Part shown: positions 8,971 through 17,775 of the stretch, piece after piece
How the letters are laid out: each line of letters begins with the position of its first letter
How positions within the stretch are numbered: position 1 is the first letter of the stretch
Assembly: GCA_002773395.1 (NCBI GenBank)
Contig: PFBI01000004.1
Location: forward strand, 12,615 to 76,614
Direction: 5' to 3'
Length of the DNA: 64,000 nucleotides
Origin: Candidatus Kaiserbacteria bacterium CG10_big_fil_rev_8_21_14_0_10_47_16
GTDB taxonomy: Bacteria; Patescibacteriota; Minisyncoccia; Phycocordibacterales; UBA918
Program-made: the position numbers and the translations under genes
Notes under the pieces: model-generated
Seen by the model: the letters and a program-made list of their open reading frames with translations, nothing else
Told to the model about the DNA's origin: nothing
The model's database searches: none

Positions 8971-9939
8971 ATGGCATCAATTTACGTAACACGAAAAATC
9001 CCAACTGCAGGTATTACGCTTCTTGAAGAAGCAGGACACGACGTTGTCGTAAGCGCGAAAGACGGAGTACTGACAAAAGAAGAGCTTTTGCAGGCACTCG
9101 GAGAGAAAGAATATGACGCAGTCCTCTCGCTCCTTACTGATTCTGTAGATGGAGAAGTCTTTGATGCAGCTGCAAGCGCAAAGATTTTTGCAAACTATGC
9201 TGTTGGATTTAACAACATTGATCTTGATGCCGCGAAAGAGCGTGGAATTACTATTACGAACACGCCGGGCGTACTGACTGATACAGTGGCAGAGTATGCG
9301 TTTTCTCTGATGCTCGCCGTCACGAAGCGTATCGCAGAAGGTGACCGATTTACACGAAAGGGAGAATATGAAGGTTGGGCGCCTGAGCTGCTCCTCGGCA
9401 GCGATATGAAAGGCAAGACACTTGGCATCCTCGGTGCGGGACGTATTGGATCTGGTGTTGCCGTGCGCGCACAGAAAGGTCTCGGCATGAAAGTTATCTA
9501 TTACGATATCAAAGAGAACGAAGATCTTGAAAAAGAAATTGAGTGTACATTCCGCGCAAGTGTAGAAGAGGTGCTCAAAGAAGCAGATGTGGTTTCGGTA
9601 CACGTACCACTCCTTGATTCAACGCATCATTTGATAAATGCAGAGCGGCTCGCAATGATGAAGCCGTCAGCGTATTTGATTAATACATCCCGCGGACCAG
9701 TTATTGATGAGGCGGCATTGGTGGAAGCGTTGAAGAATGGTGTCATCCGTGGCGCAGGACTCGATGTATTTGAGAACGAGCCGAGGCTTGCAGCAGGGCT
9801 GAGTTCGCTTGAGAATGTAGTTATTACACCGCATATTGCTTCTGCAAGTGATGAAACACGTGAAAAAATGGCTACGATAGCTGCACAAAACATTATCGAT
9901 TTCCTTGCAGGGAAGAAACCTGAAAACGCGGTTGCGTAG
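8971..9939 (+). CDS. D-isomer-specific 2-hydroxyacid dehydrogenase (glycerate dehydrogenase / hydroxypyruvate reductase-like)
   Basis: GILGAGRIGSGVA NAD-binding motif. …NTSRGPVIDEAAL…GAGLDVFENEP. Confidence 0.85.
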   Translation: MASIYVTRKIPTAGITLLEEAGHDVVVSAKDGVLTKEELLQALGEKEYDAVLSLLTDSVDGEVFDAAASAKIFANYAVGFNNIDLDAAKERGITITNTPGVLTDTVAEYAFSLMLAVTKRIAEGDRFTRKGEYEGWAPELLLGSDMKGKTLGILGAGRIGSGVAVRAQKGLGMKVIYYDIKENEDLEKEIECTFRASVEEVLKEADVVSVHVPLLDSTHHLINAERLAMMKPSAYLINTSRGPVIDEAALVEALKNGVIRGAGLDVFENEPRLAAGLSSLENVVITPHIASASDETREKMATIAAQNIIDFLAGKKPENAVA

Positions 9940-10015
9940 GGAACTGGCCTCCCGCCCACATGTGCATTTTTTAAAATGTGTGGTATGGTAGTTGCCACAC
10001 TAATGACACATATAT

Positions 10016-10657
10016 ATGACAGTTACACTTAACGTAGAAAAACGCGAGATCAAAGGGAAAAAGCTCGTAGGACTCCGCAAAGCGGGGAAGCTTCCTGCTG
10101 TGGTTTATGGTCCAAAGGAAGAGGCGACTACTATCGCGCTCGATAAAGCAACGTTTGAAAAAATCTTTCGTGAAGCAGGTGAATCAACGATCATCACACT
10201 TACCGGAGTAGGTGAAGATAAGGAGGTGCTTGTGCACGATGTTGCGTTCGATGCAGCAAAGGGCGGAGCCATCCACGTTGACTTCTACGCTATTGAACGT
10301 GGCAAAGAACTCACACTCGATGTTGCACTTGAATTCGTTGGTGAAGCACCGGCAGTAAAGCTCGGAGGTTCACTTACGAAGGTACTCCATGAGGTAGAAG
10401 TAACGTGTCGTCCAAACGCACTTCCAAAACATCTCATTATTGATGTGTCATCTCTCGTTGATTTTGGATCGTCTGTTCATGTACGTGACATCGTTGTTCC
10501 TGAAGGAGTCAAGATTGAAAATGATCCTGAAGAAATGATTGCACTCGTACAAGAGGTGAAAGAAGAGGCAGAAGAAGCACCAGCAGAAATTGATATGGAT
10601 GCAATTGCTGTTGAAGAAAAGGGCAAGAAAGAGGAAGATTCTGAAGAAGGGGAGTAA
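10016..10657 (+). CDS. rplY: 50S ribosomal protein L25 / general stress protein Ctc
   Basis: …KLPAVVYGPKEE…VHDVAFDAAKGGAIHVDFY… with an acidic C-terminal tail. Confidence 0.85.
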   Translation: MTVTLNVEKREIKGKKLVGLRKAGKLPAVVYGPKEEATTIALDKATFEKIFREAGESTIITLTGVGEDKEVLVHDVAFDAAKGGAIHVDFYAIERGKELTLDVALEFVGEAPAVKLGGSLTKVLHEVEVTCRPNALPKHLIIDVSSLVDFGSSVHVRDIVVPEGVKIENDPEEMIALVQEVKEEAEEAPAEIDMDAIAVEEKGKKEEDSEEGE

Positions 10658-10671
10658 TATCCACATATCAG

Positions 10672-10706
10672 ACACAAAACCCGCGGTATACCGCGGGTTT
10701 TGTGTC
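10672..10706 (+). terminator. Terminator-like perfect hairpin after rplY
   Basis: acacaaaacccgcgg-tata-ccgcgggttttgtgt, a 15-bp stem. Confidence 0.55.
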
Positions 10707-10752
10707 TATAGGCAATCTTCCTGAGCTGGTATAATACTTGGTACACATCGGT

Positions 10753-12126
10753 ATGAAAAAATTCTTTAGCCTCGGCGCCCTCATTGTATTTCTTTCGGTA
10801 AGTCTCGTGCACGTTACATTTGCTGCAGAGACGGAAGCAGAAATGCGTGCTGCGCTTGAAAAGCAACTCTCGGCATACGAAGAGCTTATTAAACAACAAC
10901 AAGCGCTCGTGCAAGGTAAGCAGTCAGAACGACAATCGCTTGAGCGTGACCTCGATCTTATTAATGCACAAATTAAAAAAGCACGTCTTGGTATCCAAGC
11001 GCGTGAACTTGCGATTTCACAAATTGATAATCAGATTGAAGACAAAGTCGGCGTCATTGGGGACCTTACCGAAAGTTTAGAGAAGCAACGTCAATCACTT
11101 GGGCAACTCTTACGTCAAACACAAGAAATTGACGACTACTCACTGATAGAAATGATTTTGAGTAATCAGAGCCTTTCAGAATTCTTTGATGACTTGGAAA
11201 ACTTCCAATCAATTAAATCTTCACTCAACGGTTCTCTCGAGACGGTAAAAGTCACGCGTACCGATACTGAGGAACAGAAAGCGTCCCTTGAAGAGAAGCA
11301 GATTTCAGAGGAGAAGTTGAAGCGACTTCAGGAACAGGAAAAAGCAAATATCGAAGATCAAGAAGCCCAGAAAGCTGAGGTACTTACAGTCACAAAGGGT
11401 GAAGAAGCAAAATATCAGGCACTCTTGCAGCAATCACAAAAAAGCGCAGCGCAAATTAGAGCGCAGCTCTTCGAGGTTTCTGGAGGTGGTGGTGCTATCC
11501 CGTTCCCGGACGCGGTTGCGTTTGCACAGGTTGCAAGTCAGAAGACCGGCGTTTCTGCAGCGCTCATTCTTGCAATCCTTGAACAAGAATCAGCGTATGG
11601 TGCAAATATCGGATCGTGTACCGCGACCGAAATTGTGTACGGTAAGCAAGTGATGCATCCAGATCGCGATCAATCAATCTTCCTTGCACTTGCCACGGAG
11701 CTCGGCTTTGATGTGAATACACAACCAATTTCATGTCCATGGATTCGAAGCGGGGAACGTATCGGATGGGGAGGAGCCATGGGGCCGTCGCAGTTTATTC
11801 CGAGCACGTGGGCATACTACGGAGGAATTGTTGGGTCTGGTACGAGTTATCACTATGATAAAAACAGCGATTACATTCGTAAGTTGACGGGGAAGGATAA
11901 GGCATCGAGCCCATTCAATAATCAGGATGCCTTCATGGCGACCGGACTTCTTATGCGAGACAACGGAGGCGCCGGCGGAACATATAATGCAGAATGGACA
12001 GCGGCAATTCGATATTTTGCAGGGTGGAATGGTCCATCAAACTCAATTAATTATCCATACGGGGATAATGTGATGAAGCGTCGCGCGCGTCTTGAAGGTG
12101 AAATCAAGGTTCTCCAAGGAGGATAG
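10753..12126 (+). CDS. Secreted coiled-coil protein with a C-terminal lytic transglycosylase (MltB/SLT-like) domain
   Basis: Signal peptide, ~250 aa of heptad-like Q/E/K-rich sequence, then …ILEQESAYG…GAMGPSQFIPSTW…. Start taken at MKKFF; the ORF is open from 10738. Confidence 0.65.
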   Translation: MKKFFSLGALIVFLSVSLVHVTFAAETEAEMRAALEKQLSAYEELIKQQQALVQGKQSERQSLERDLDLINAQIKKARLGIQARELAISQIDNQIEDKVGVIGDLTESLEKQRQSLGQLLRQTQEIDDYSLIEMILSNQSLSEFFDDLENFQSIKSSLNGSLETVKVTRTDTEEQKASLEEKQISEEKLKRLQEQEKANIEDQEAQKAEVLTVTKGEEAKYQALLQQSQKSAAQIRAQLFEVSGGGGAIPFPDAVAFAQVASQKTGVSAALILAILEQESAYGANIGSCTATEIVYGKQVMHPDRDQSIFLALATELGFDVNTQPISCPWIRSGERIGWGGAMGPSQFIPSTWAYYGGIVGSGTSYHYDKNSDYIRKLTGKDKASSPFNNQDAFMATGLLMRDNGGAGGTYNAEWTAAIRYFAGWNGPSNSINYPYGDNVMKRRARLEGEIKVLQGG

Positions 12127-12179
12127 TCTTCACCGAGTACTCACTATGGTACTCTTAAGAGAGAGAAAGGAGATTGATC

Positions 12180-12326
12180 ATGACGGAAGAACAGAAGGCA
12201 CAGATGTGTCCTGTGATGACGCTCATGACAGCAGCTATGGAGCAGCAAGAGCGCTTCGACGCACTGACGGCAGGATTTACTGAAATGTGGCTCAGGAGCT
12301 ACTTTCGGTTCTGGATTCCAAAATAA
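12180..12326 (+). CDS. Small hypothetical protein (48 aa; MTEEQKAQMCPVMTLMTAAMEQQERFDALTAGFTEMWLRSYFRFWIPK)
   Basis: AAAGGAG ribosome-binding site 7 nt upstream, and a hairpin terminator downstream. Below the ORF-track length cutoff. No family recognised. Confidence 0.3.
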   Translation: MTEEQKAQMCPVMTLMTAAMEQQERFDALTAGFTEMWLRSYFRFWIPK

Positions 12327-12333
12327 GGAGAAT

Positions 12334-12365
12334 GCGGCGGCTGCCTTTGGGCAGCCGCCTTTCCT
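12334..12365 (+). terminator. Hairpin terminator candidate
   Basis: gcggctgcc-tttg-ggcagccgc followed by cTTTCC. Confidence 0.45.
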
Positions 12366-12405
12366 ATGAGAGTTGCCAAACCGAGAGTTTTTGGTATAGT
12401 ACTGC

Positions 12406-12593
12406 GACCTGACTCGTATTACATCATACGTATTACTATCAGAAGAAACGTATTTCGCTATGACGTCACGCCATTTTGGGCTGCAACATTTAATGGCTCG
12501 ATCTCTCTGAACATATGTTCAGTTCGATCTCCGCCAAAATGTCTCGCTCCAAAATGTCATGACTTTGTATAGCGATGTAATACGAGTCAGGTC
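12406..12593. repeat. Perfect 20-nt inverted repeat: gacctgactcgtattacatc at 12406-12425 and its reverse complement at 12574-12593. It encloses 148 nt containing internal palindromes. The right arm ends 6 nt before the rpmE ATG
   Basis: Read directly from the sequence. Internal perfect palindrome ctgaacatatgttcag (12505-12520). Direct repeat ccaaaatgtc twice. Confidence 0.8.
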
Positions 12594-12599
12594 TCGACT

Positions 12600-12869
12600 A
12601 TGAAAAAAGATATTCACCCAGAAAATTACCGCATGGTCATCTTCCACGACAACTCGTCTGGAGAGCGATTTCTTATTGGTTCAGCTATTGAGTCTACAGA
12701 AACCGAAAAGTGGACTGACGGTAACGAGTACTCAGTGGTACGTGTAGACGTCTCAAGTGCGTCACATCCGTTTTATACAGGACAAGAAAAGGTAATGGAC
12801 ACTGCCGGTCGCGTAGAACGCTTCAAGGCCCGTCAGCAGAAGGCAGGAGGACGCAAAGCAAAAGCGTAA
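12600..12869 (+). CDS. rpmE: 50S ribosomal protein L31, non-zinc (type B, no CxxC) form
   Basis: [10 protein letters not shown]…HPFYTGQ. No cysteine motif. Confidence 0.88.
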   Translation: MKKDIHPENYRMVIFHDNSSGERFLIGSAIESTETEKWTDGNEYSVVRVDVSSASHPFYTGQEKVMDTAGRVERFKARQQKAGGRKAKA

Positions 12870-12875
12870 CGACGA

Positions 12876-12911
12876 AAAACCCCACGCGCCGTTTCGGCGC
12901 GTGGGGTTTTT
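12876..12911 (+). terminator. Rho-independent terminator after rpmE
   Basis: aaaaaccccacgcgccg-tttc-ggcgcgtggggttttt. Confidence 0.8.
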
Positions 12912-12940
12912 CTATGCCATGCTACAATGCGGTCATATTT

Positions 12941-13918
12941 ATGGAATTTTTAGAAGAAAAACTACAAGAATTTCGCGATAATCAGAAAACGCAGTTTTTG
13001 GTGTCGCAATTTGATCTTCTTGCAACAAAGCGTGCTGAAGTTGCGCTCATGCGTGAGGATGCATCTATGCGTGAACTTGCTGAAGAAGAGTTAAAAGAGA
13101 TTGATACCGAACTTGAGCGTCAGTACACAGAAATGGAGACCATTATTGAGAATGCGCGGGAAGAAGATGTAAAGCCGTATGGTGTCATTCTCGAAATTCG
13201 TGCAGGAGCAGGAGGGGAGGAGGCGGCACTCTTTGCAGAAGAACTTGCGCAGATGTATATAAAGTATGCAGAGCTGCAGGGATGGAAAACGACAATCATT
13301 GCAGAATCTCGGGCTGCCCAAGGAGGATACAAAGAAGGAGTTGTCGAGATACTCGGGAGCAGTGTTTATGATGCACTCCGCTATGAGACCGGCGTACACC
13401 GCGTACAACGGATTCCTGTCACCGAGAAGCAGGGACGTATTCACACGTCGACAGCATCAGTAGCGGTGCTCCCAATGCGTAAGAAGCCGACGGTAGACAT
13501 TAAACCAGACGATATTGAAATGGAGTTTTCACGCGCCGGAGGTGCAGGAGGACAGAATGTGAACAAGGTGGAATCTGCGGTACGATTGGTGCACCGCCCA
13601 ACAGGTATTGACGTACGTTCACAGGCAGAGCGCTCACAGCTCAAAAACCGTGAACGAGCGATGAGTCTTCTTATTGCCAAGCTTGAAATGCTTCACGAGG
13701 AAGAGGAAGCGAAGAAGTATGCTGCAGTTCGGAAAGAACAGATTGGCACAGGTGACCGATCGGAAAAGATCCGCACTTACAACTTTCCACAAAGTCGAAT
13801 TACCGATCATCGAATTAAGGAGTCGTGGCATAATATGGAGGAAGTAATGGCCGGAAAGCTTGATGATATTATCGCTGCACTCAAAGTGGCAGCGAGCGGA
13901 AGCGTTGCAGAATTATGA
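12941..13918 (+). CDS. prfA: Peptide chain release factor 1
   Basis: GGQ motif ([18 protein letters not shown]). PVT tripeptide ([14 protein letters not shown]) indicates RF1 rather than RF2. Start at MEFLEE; the ORF is open from 12914, overlapping the terminator. Confidence 0.88.
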   Translation: MEFLEEKLQEFRDNQKTQFLVSQFDLLATKRAEVALMREDASMRELAEEELKEIDTELERQYTEMETIIENAREEDVKPYGVILEIRAGAGGEEAALFAEELAQMYIKYAELQGWKTTIIAESRAAQGGYKEGVVEILGSSVYDALRYETGVHRVQRIPVTEKQGRIHTSTASVAVLPMRKKPTVDIKPDDIEMEFSRAGGAGGQNVNKVESAVRLVHRPTGIDVRSQAERSQLKNRERAMSLLIAKLEMLHEEEEAKKYAAVRKEQIGTGDRSEKIRTYNFPQSRITDHRIKESWHNMEEVMAGKLDDIIAALKVAASGSVAEL

Positions 13919-13972
13919 GTCGTATGGTAGCATCTCGGGCAACGAGCGCCTGTGCGCTTTTTTAATACAATT

Positions 13973-14716
13973 ATGTCAACAGAAATTAAACAGAACCTTA
14001 TTGACCGACTTTTCAAGGCCGGAGCACACTTCGGATTTGGAAAAAGTCGCCGTCACCCAACATCGGCACCGTACCTTTTTGGTACAAAGCAGGGAACTGA
14101 TATCTTCGATCTTGAGAAGACCAGTGACCTTATTGCAGACGCTAAATCAGTTCTCGAGGAAGCAGGACGGAAAGGAGAGACCGTTCTCTTCGTTGGAACA
14201 AAGGATGAAGTATCTGCACTCGTGAAAGCAACTGCTGAAGCGGTTGATATGCCATATGTGACAAACCGATGGATTGGAGGAATGTTGACTAACTTCTCTG
14301 AAATCAAAAAGCGTATCGCGCGACTACTCGACCTCACTGCACAGGGTGAATCGGGAGAACTTGAACGAAAGTACACAAAGAAAGAACGAGTGATGATCGG
14401 TCGTGAACTCACAAAGCTCACACACAATTTTGGTGGTATTAAGACCGTTGATCGTACACCAAACCTTATGGTTGTAGTGGACCCACGACACGATGCAATT
14501 GCAGTACGTGAAGCAAATGAACTCGATGTTCCAACGGTCGCTATCACGAGCTCAGATGCAAACCTTGCAGTGGTCACGCATCCAATTCTTGTAAACGATG
14601 CACTCCGAAGCAGTGTTGCTCTGGTTCTCAAAGAACTTGCAGATTCATACGCAAAGGGCCGTAGCGAATACGTACCTCCTGCGCCAGCTGCGAAGCGAGA
14701 ATTCCGATCACGATAG
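13973..14716 (+). CDS. rpsB: 30S ribosomal protein S2
   Basis: …LFKAGAHFGFGKSRRHPTSAPYLFG…. Confidence 0.9.
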   Translation: MSTEIKQNLIDRLFKAGAHFGFGKSRRHPTSAPYLFGTKQGTDIFDLEKTSDLIADAKSVLEEAGRKGETVLFVGTKDEVSALVKATAEAVDMPYVTNRWIGGMLTNFSEIKKRIARLLDLTAQGESGELERKYTKKERVMIGRELTKLTHNFGGIKTVDRTPNLMVVVDPRHDAIAVREANELDVPTVAITSSDANLAVVTHPILVNDALRSSVALVLKELADSYAKGRSEYVPPAPAAKREFRSR

Positions 14717-14749
14717 GAAGTTACCGTTGTTAGTTTAATTTGTTCTTTA

Positions 14750-15340
14750 TTGCATATGGAAATAACTTCAGCTCAACTTAAAGAATTACGAGACAAGACA
14801 GGCATCTCTGTGATGCAATGTAAAAAAGCACTTGAAGAAGCAGGTGGCGATATGGAAAAAGCACTCATTATCCTTCAGAAGAAGGGTGGGGAAGCTGCAT
14901 CAAAAAAATCTGACCGTGAACTCGGCTCAGGTACTATCGGATCATATGTACACAATACGGGTGAAGTTGCAGCACTGGTGAATCTTGCTTGTGAGACAGA
15001 CTTTGTTGCAAAGAATGAAGAGTTTATAAAACTTGCACGTGATATTGCAATGCATGTTGCTGCGCAAGCGCCACTCTATGTGACTCGTGAAGATGTTGAT
15101 GAAACAGCACTCACAAAAGCACGTGAAGTATTTAAAGTAGAAGTTGCCGACAAGCCAGCGGATATGCAAGAAAAAATTCTTGAAGGAAAGCTCAGTGCAT
15201 ACTTTAAAGACCGCATTCTCCTTGAACAGCCATTCATTAAGGATTCAGAAAAGACTATTAGTGATCTTATAAACAACGCCGTTCAGAAATTTGGTGAGAA
15301 TATCGCTATTGCAGAAGTACGTCGTGTTTCGGTAAAATAG
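14750..15340 (+). CDS. tsf: Elongation factor Ts (short form)
   Basis: …ITSAQLKELRDKTGISVMQCKKALEEAGGDMEKA… (UBA-like N-terminus). 196 aa. Confidence 0.85.
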   Translation: MHMEITSAQLKELRDKTGISVMQCKKALEEAGGDMEKALIILQKKGGEAASKKSDRELGSGTIGSYVHNTGEVAALVNLACETDFVAKNEEFIKLARDIAMHVAAQAPLYVTREDVDETALTKAREVFKVEVADKPADMQEKILEGKLSAYFKDRILLEQPFIKDSEKTISDLINNAVQKFGENIAIAEVRRVSVK

Positions 15341-15344
15341 ACTC

Positions 15345-15773
15345 ATGGTAGGACCACTCATCGGTATTGGTATAAGCGGGGTCAGCGTCGCTCTTTTTGC
15401 TGTGCTCTTTCGTATGGAACGTCGTCGCGGACAACGTTTCTTTGAAGAAGCGCGGACACAACTTGATCAACGAGTGTTCCAGATGTTTGCATACATTACA
15501 CGAATAAGCCGATATCTCGGTCGCGATGTTATTCGGCAAAGTATCCACTATGCGGTGCATGTCATACTTCGTGTGTTCCAGAGTTTTATTTCGTTTGTCC
15601 TCACACATGCAAATCGGTTGGAGCGGACCAATAAAGCGCTTGCACAGCGCGCGAAGCAGTTTGGTGAACCGCGTACGAAACTGGATGAACTCGAGGCGCA
15701 CAAGGAGGAAGTCGCTCTCTCTGAGGATGAACGAAAGGCACATAAAGAAGAGTCGATCGGTACACGGTTATAA
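15345..15773 (+). CDS. Hypothetical protein with N-terminal transmembrane segment
   Basis: ORF immediately follows tsf and is followed by a strong terminator. No motif recognised. Confidence 0.4.
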   Translation: MVGPLIGIGISGVSVALFAVLFRMERRRGQRFFEEARTQLDQRVFQMFAYITRISRYLGRDVIRQSIHYAVHVILRVFQSFISFVLTHANRLERTNKALAQRAKQFGEPRTKLDELEAHKEEVALSEDERKAHKEESIGTRL

Positions 15774-15808
15774 AAAATCACCGCTCCTATAGGAGCGGTG
15801 ATTTTTTA
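15773..15808. terminator. Bidirectional rho-independent terminator
   Basis: aaaaaatcaccgctcc-tata-ggagcggtgatttttt. Confidence 0.8.
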
Positions 15809-15826
15809 TAGACATGACCCTAACCT

Positions 15827-15903
15827 TGGAGCCGCCTCTCGGATTCGAACCGAGGACCTACGGTTTACAAAACCGTTGCTCTAACCAACTGAGCTAAGGC
15901 GGC
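15827..15903 (-). tRNA. tRNA-Thr (anticodon TGT), with encoded CCA
   Basis: Reverse complement reads GCCGCCTTAGCTCAGTTGGTTAGAGCAACGGTTTTGTAAACCGTAGGTCCTCGGTTCGAATCCGAGAGGCGGCTCCA. Folded by eye as a cloverleaf; anticodon loop TTTGTAA. Confidence 0.85.
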
Positions 15904-15940
15904 AGGTCACTACTGTTTTGCAACTCTGGCTGAGTGGTAG

Positions 15941-15960
15941 AGTTTTGTAAATTTACAAAA
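15941..15960. repeat. Perfect 20-nt palindrome gttttgtaaatttacaaaac
   Basis: Read directly. Sits next to a 12-bp hairpin (15961-15987) and contains TTTTGTAAA, which is shared with the tRNA-Thr anticodon loop. Confidence 0.7.
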
Positions 15961-15988
15961 CGTGAAGAAGTATCCCATACTTCGTCAC

Positions 15989-16013
15989 CTCTAACCAACT
16001 GAGCTAAGGCGGC
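15989..16013 (-). pseudogene. 25-nt exact copy of the 5' end (acceptor and D arm) of the neighbouring tRNA-Thr. Not a functional tRNA
   Basis: ctctaaccaactgagctaaggcggc at 15989-16013 is identical to 15879-15903. Downstream there is no T-arm and no pairing acceptor 3' strand. Confidence 0.55.
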
Positions 16014-16094
16014 AAACAAAAATGCGCATGAGCGCTCGGCTATTATGCCCAAAAAGGTCAGTAAATGCAAACTTCTTTTGAACGCCTCGACCCT

Positions 16095-16122
16095 TTGATT
16101 ATTTGGTAAATAACGCTATACT
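16095..16122 (+). promoter_or_regulatory. Candidate sigma70-like promoter: TTGATT, 16-nt spacer, TATACT, ending 6 nt before the ATG (possible leaderless transcript)
   Basis: Hexamers read by eye. No experimental basis. Confidence 0.3.
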
Positions 16123-16128
16123 CGCGCC

Positions 16129-17697
16129 ATGGACAGTGAGGAACATCTTTTAGAGTACGCACGTCGATCTGACTTCAATGTTGGTCGTGCGAGCGAGCTT
16201 ACCGGGAAAAACCGGCGGTTATATCGATTCCTTGAAATCGTTCCTGGAGCGGCGTCATGGACAACACTTATCGGTGTCGTACTCATGTCGATCTATGTTC
16301 CGTTCATCGCTGCGTACTTTATTATTGCGTTTGCGGTGTATTGGGTATTGAAAACTGCGTTCCTTTCATACCACCTTCGTCACAGTTGGAAACGACTCCG
16401 AAGTCACATGGCGATGGACTGGGGAAAAATGATAGAACGTTTTGAATATGGTCACCTGTATCAGGTTGTCATCCTTCCATTTTATAATGAGTCTGAAGAC
16501 GTTATTGAGGCAAGTCTTACGTCACTTGCTCAGACAAAGTACGACCTAAAAAACATGGTCATTGTACTGGGTGTTGAACGTCGCGCAGGAAAGAGTGCAA
16601 TGGATATTGCGGAGCGTATGAAAGCAAAATGGGCCGGTACGTTTGGATTCTTCCTTGTCTCAGAGCATCCTGATGACATTGTGGGCGAGATGGCTGGTAA
16701 AGGATCGAATGCTGCATGGGCTGCAGAAGAAGTCCGTACGAAGGTTCTCGATCCACATGGTATTCGCTACAATCACGCACTGGTATCGATTTTCGATATT
16801 GATACGGTGGTGTACCCCGACTACTTCAACTGCTTGGTGTGGCACTTTATGACAGCAGCGCGGCCACTCAAGAGTTCATTCCAACCAATTCCAATTTTTA
16901 ATAACAATATGTGGGATGCATCGACATTCTCGCGCGTTGTTGCGATGTCGAGTACATTTTGGGAAATGATTCAGCAGGAACGTCCGGAGCGTATGGCTAC
17001 GTTCTCTTCGCACTCGGTGAGTTTCCAAGCACTGTACGAAGTGGGATATTGGCAGCGCAACATGGTGAGTGAAGATTCTCGAATTTATTGGAACCTGCTC
17101 CTTGCAAACGATGGAGAGTATGACGTGGTCCCGCTGTCGTATCCCGTATCAATGGATGCAAACGCCGCTCCATCAATTTGGGGAACGATCAAAAATATTT
17201 ATAAACAACACCGACGATGGACGTATGGTGTCGAGAACTTTGTGTACATCGTGTATCACTTCACAAAGAACAAAAAGATCCCATTGAAACGTCGTCTCCT
17301 CATTACGCTCCAGCAAGCAGAAGGGTACTGGTCACTCGTTACCAACCCAATCATGCTCTTCATCATGGGATGGGCACCTCTCTTTTTTGGAGGTCGAGTA
17401 TTTCACGAATCGGTACTCTCGTACAACTTGCCGATCGTTGTTCGGAACCTGCTCATCGTTGCGATGTTTGGGTTGGTGGTCTCATCGATGATTTCGTTGA
17501 CACTTATTCCAACTCGTCCAGAAGGTAAAGGACGTTTTCATTATATTGTGATGGCGGTACAGTGGATTTTGGTGCCGGTAACGATGGTGGTCTTTAGTGC
17601 ATTACCGGGCCTTGATGCTCAGACGAGACTCATGTTTGGAAAATATATGGGATTTTGGGTTACACCGAAGCATCGAACGGATGGAGGAAAGAGTTAG
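16129..17697 (+). CDS. Family 2 glycosyltransferase, membrane-embedded processive type (cellulose/chitin-synthase-like)
   Basis: Multiple transmembrane segments flank a cytoplasmic GT2-like domain with a D,D,D pattern and a QHRRW (QxxRW) motif. Confidence 0.75.
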   Translation: MDSEEHLLEYARRSDFNVGRASELTGKNRRLYRFLEIVPGAASWTTLIGVVLMSIYVPFIAAYFIIAFAVYWVLKTAFLSYHLRHSWKRLRSHMAMDWGKMIERFEYGHLYQVVILPFYNESEDVIEASLTSLAQTKYDLKNMVIVLGVERRAGKSAMDIAERMKAKWAGTFGFFLVSEHPDDIVGEMAGKGSNAAWAAEEVRTKVLDPHGIRYNHALVSIFDIDTVVYPDYFNCLVWHFMTAARPLKSSFQPIPIFNNNMWDASTFSRVVAMSSTFWEMIQQERPERMATFSSHSVSFQALYEVGYWQRNMVSEDSRIYWNLLLANDGEYDVVPLSYPVSMDANAAPSIWGTIKNIYKQHRRWTYGVENFVYIVYHFTKNKKIPLKRRLLITLQQAEGYWSLVTNPIMLFIMGWAPLFFGGRVFHESVLSYNLPIVVRNLLIVAMFGLVVSSMISLTLIPTRPEGKGRFHYIVMAVQWILVPVTMVVFSALPGLDAQTRLMFGKYMGFWVTPKHRTDGGKS

Positions 17698-17702
17698 GTA
17701 CT

Positions 17703-17745
17703 AAAAATCCCCTCACAATTCTTTTGAATTGTGAGGGGATTTTTC
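17703..17745 (+). terminator. Rho-independent terminator after the GT2 gene
   Basis: aaaaatcccctcacaattc-tttt-gaattgtgaggggattttt. Confidence 0.8.
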
Positions 17746-17775
17746 AATCCTTTTATGCTAAAGTAGCCCTATATA

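Noticed and set aside
12406-12593. Zur (zinc) box in the rpmE leader, given that L31 is the non-zinc type
   Set aside because: TCGTATTAC and ACGTATTAC words resemble only half of Gram-positive Zur boxes. They do not form the expected palindrome, so this is not claimed.
15904-16013. A second tRNA gene upstream of tRNA-Thr
   Set aside because: Only the first 25 nt match a tRNA. There is no T-arm (GGTTCGAATCC-like) and no 3' strand able to pair with the acceptor 5' strand. I could not draw a cloverleaf even allowing an intron.
17655-17775. Upstream start (17655) for the PEGA-like gene
   Set aside because: It would read through the strong terminator at 17703-17745 and overlap the GT2 gene end. 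The ATG at 17776 follows the terminator.
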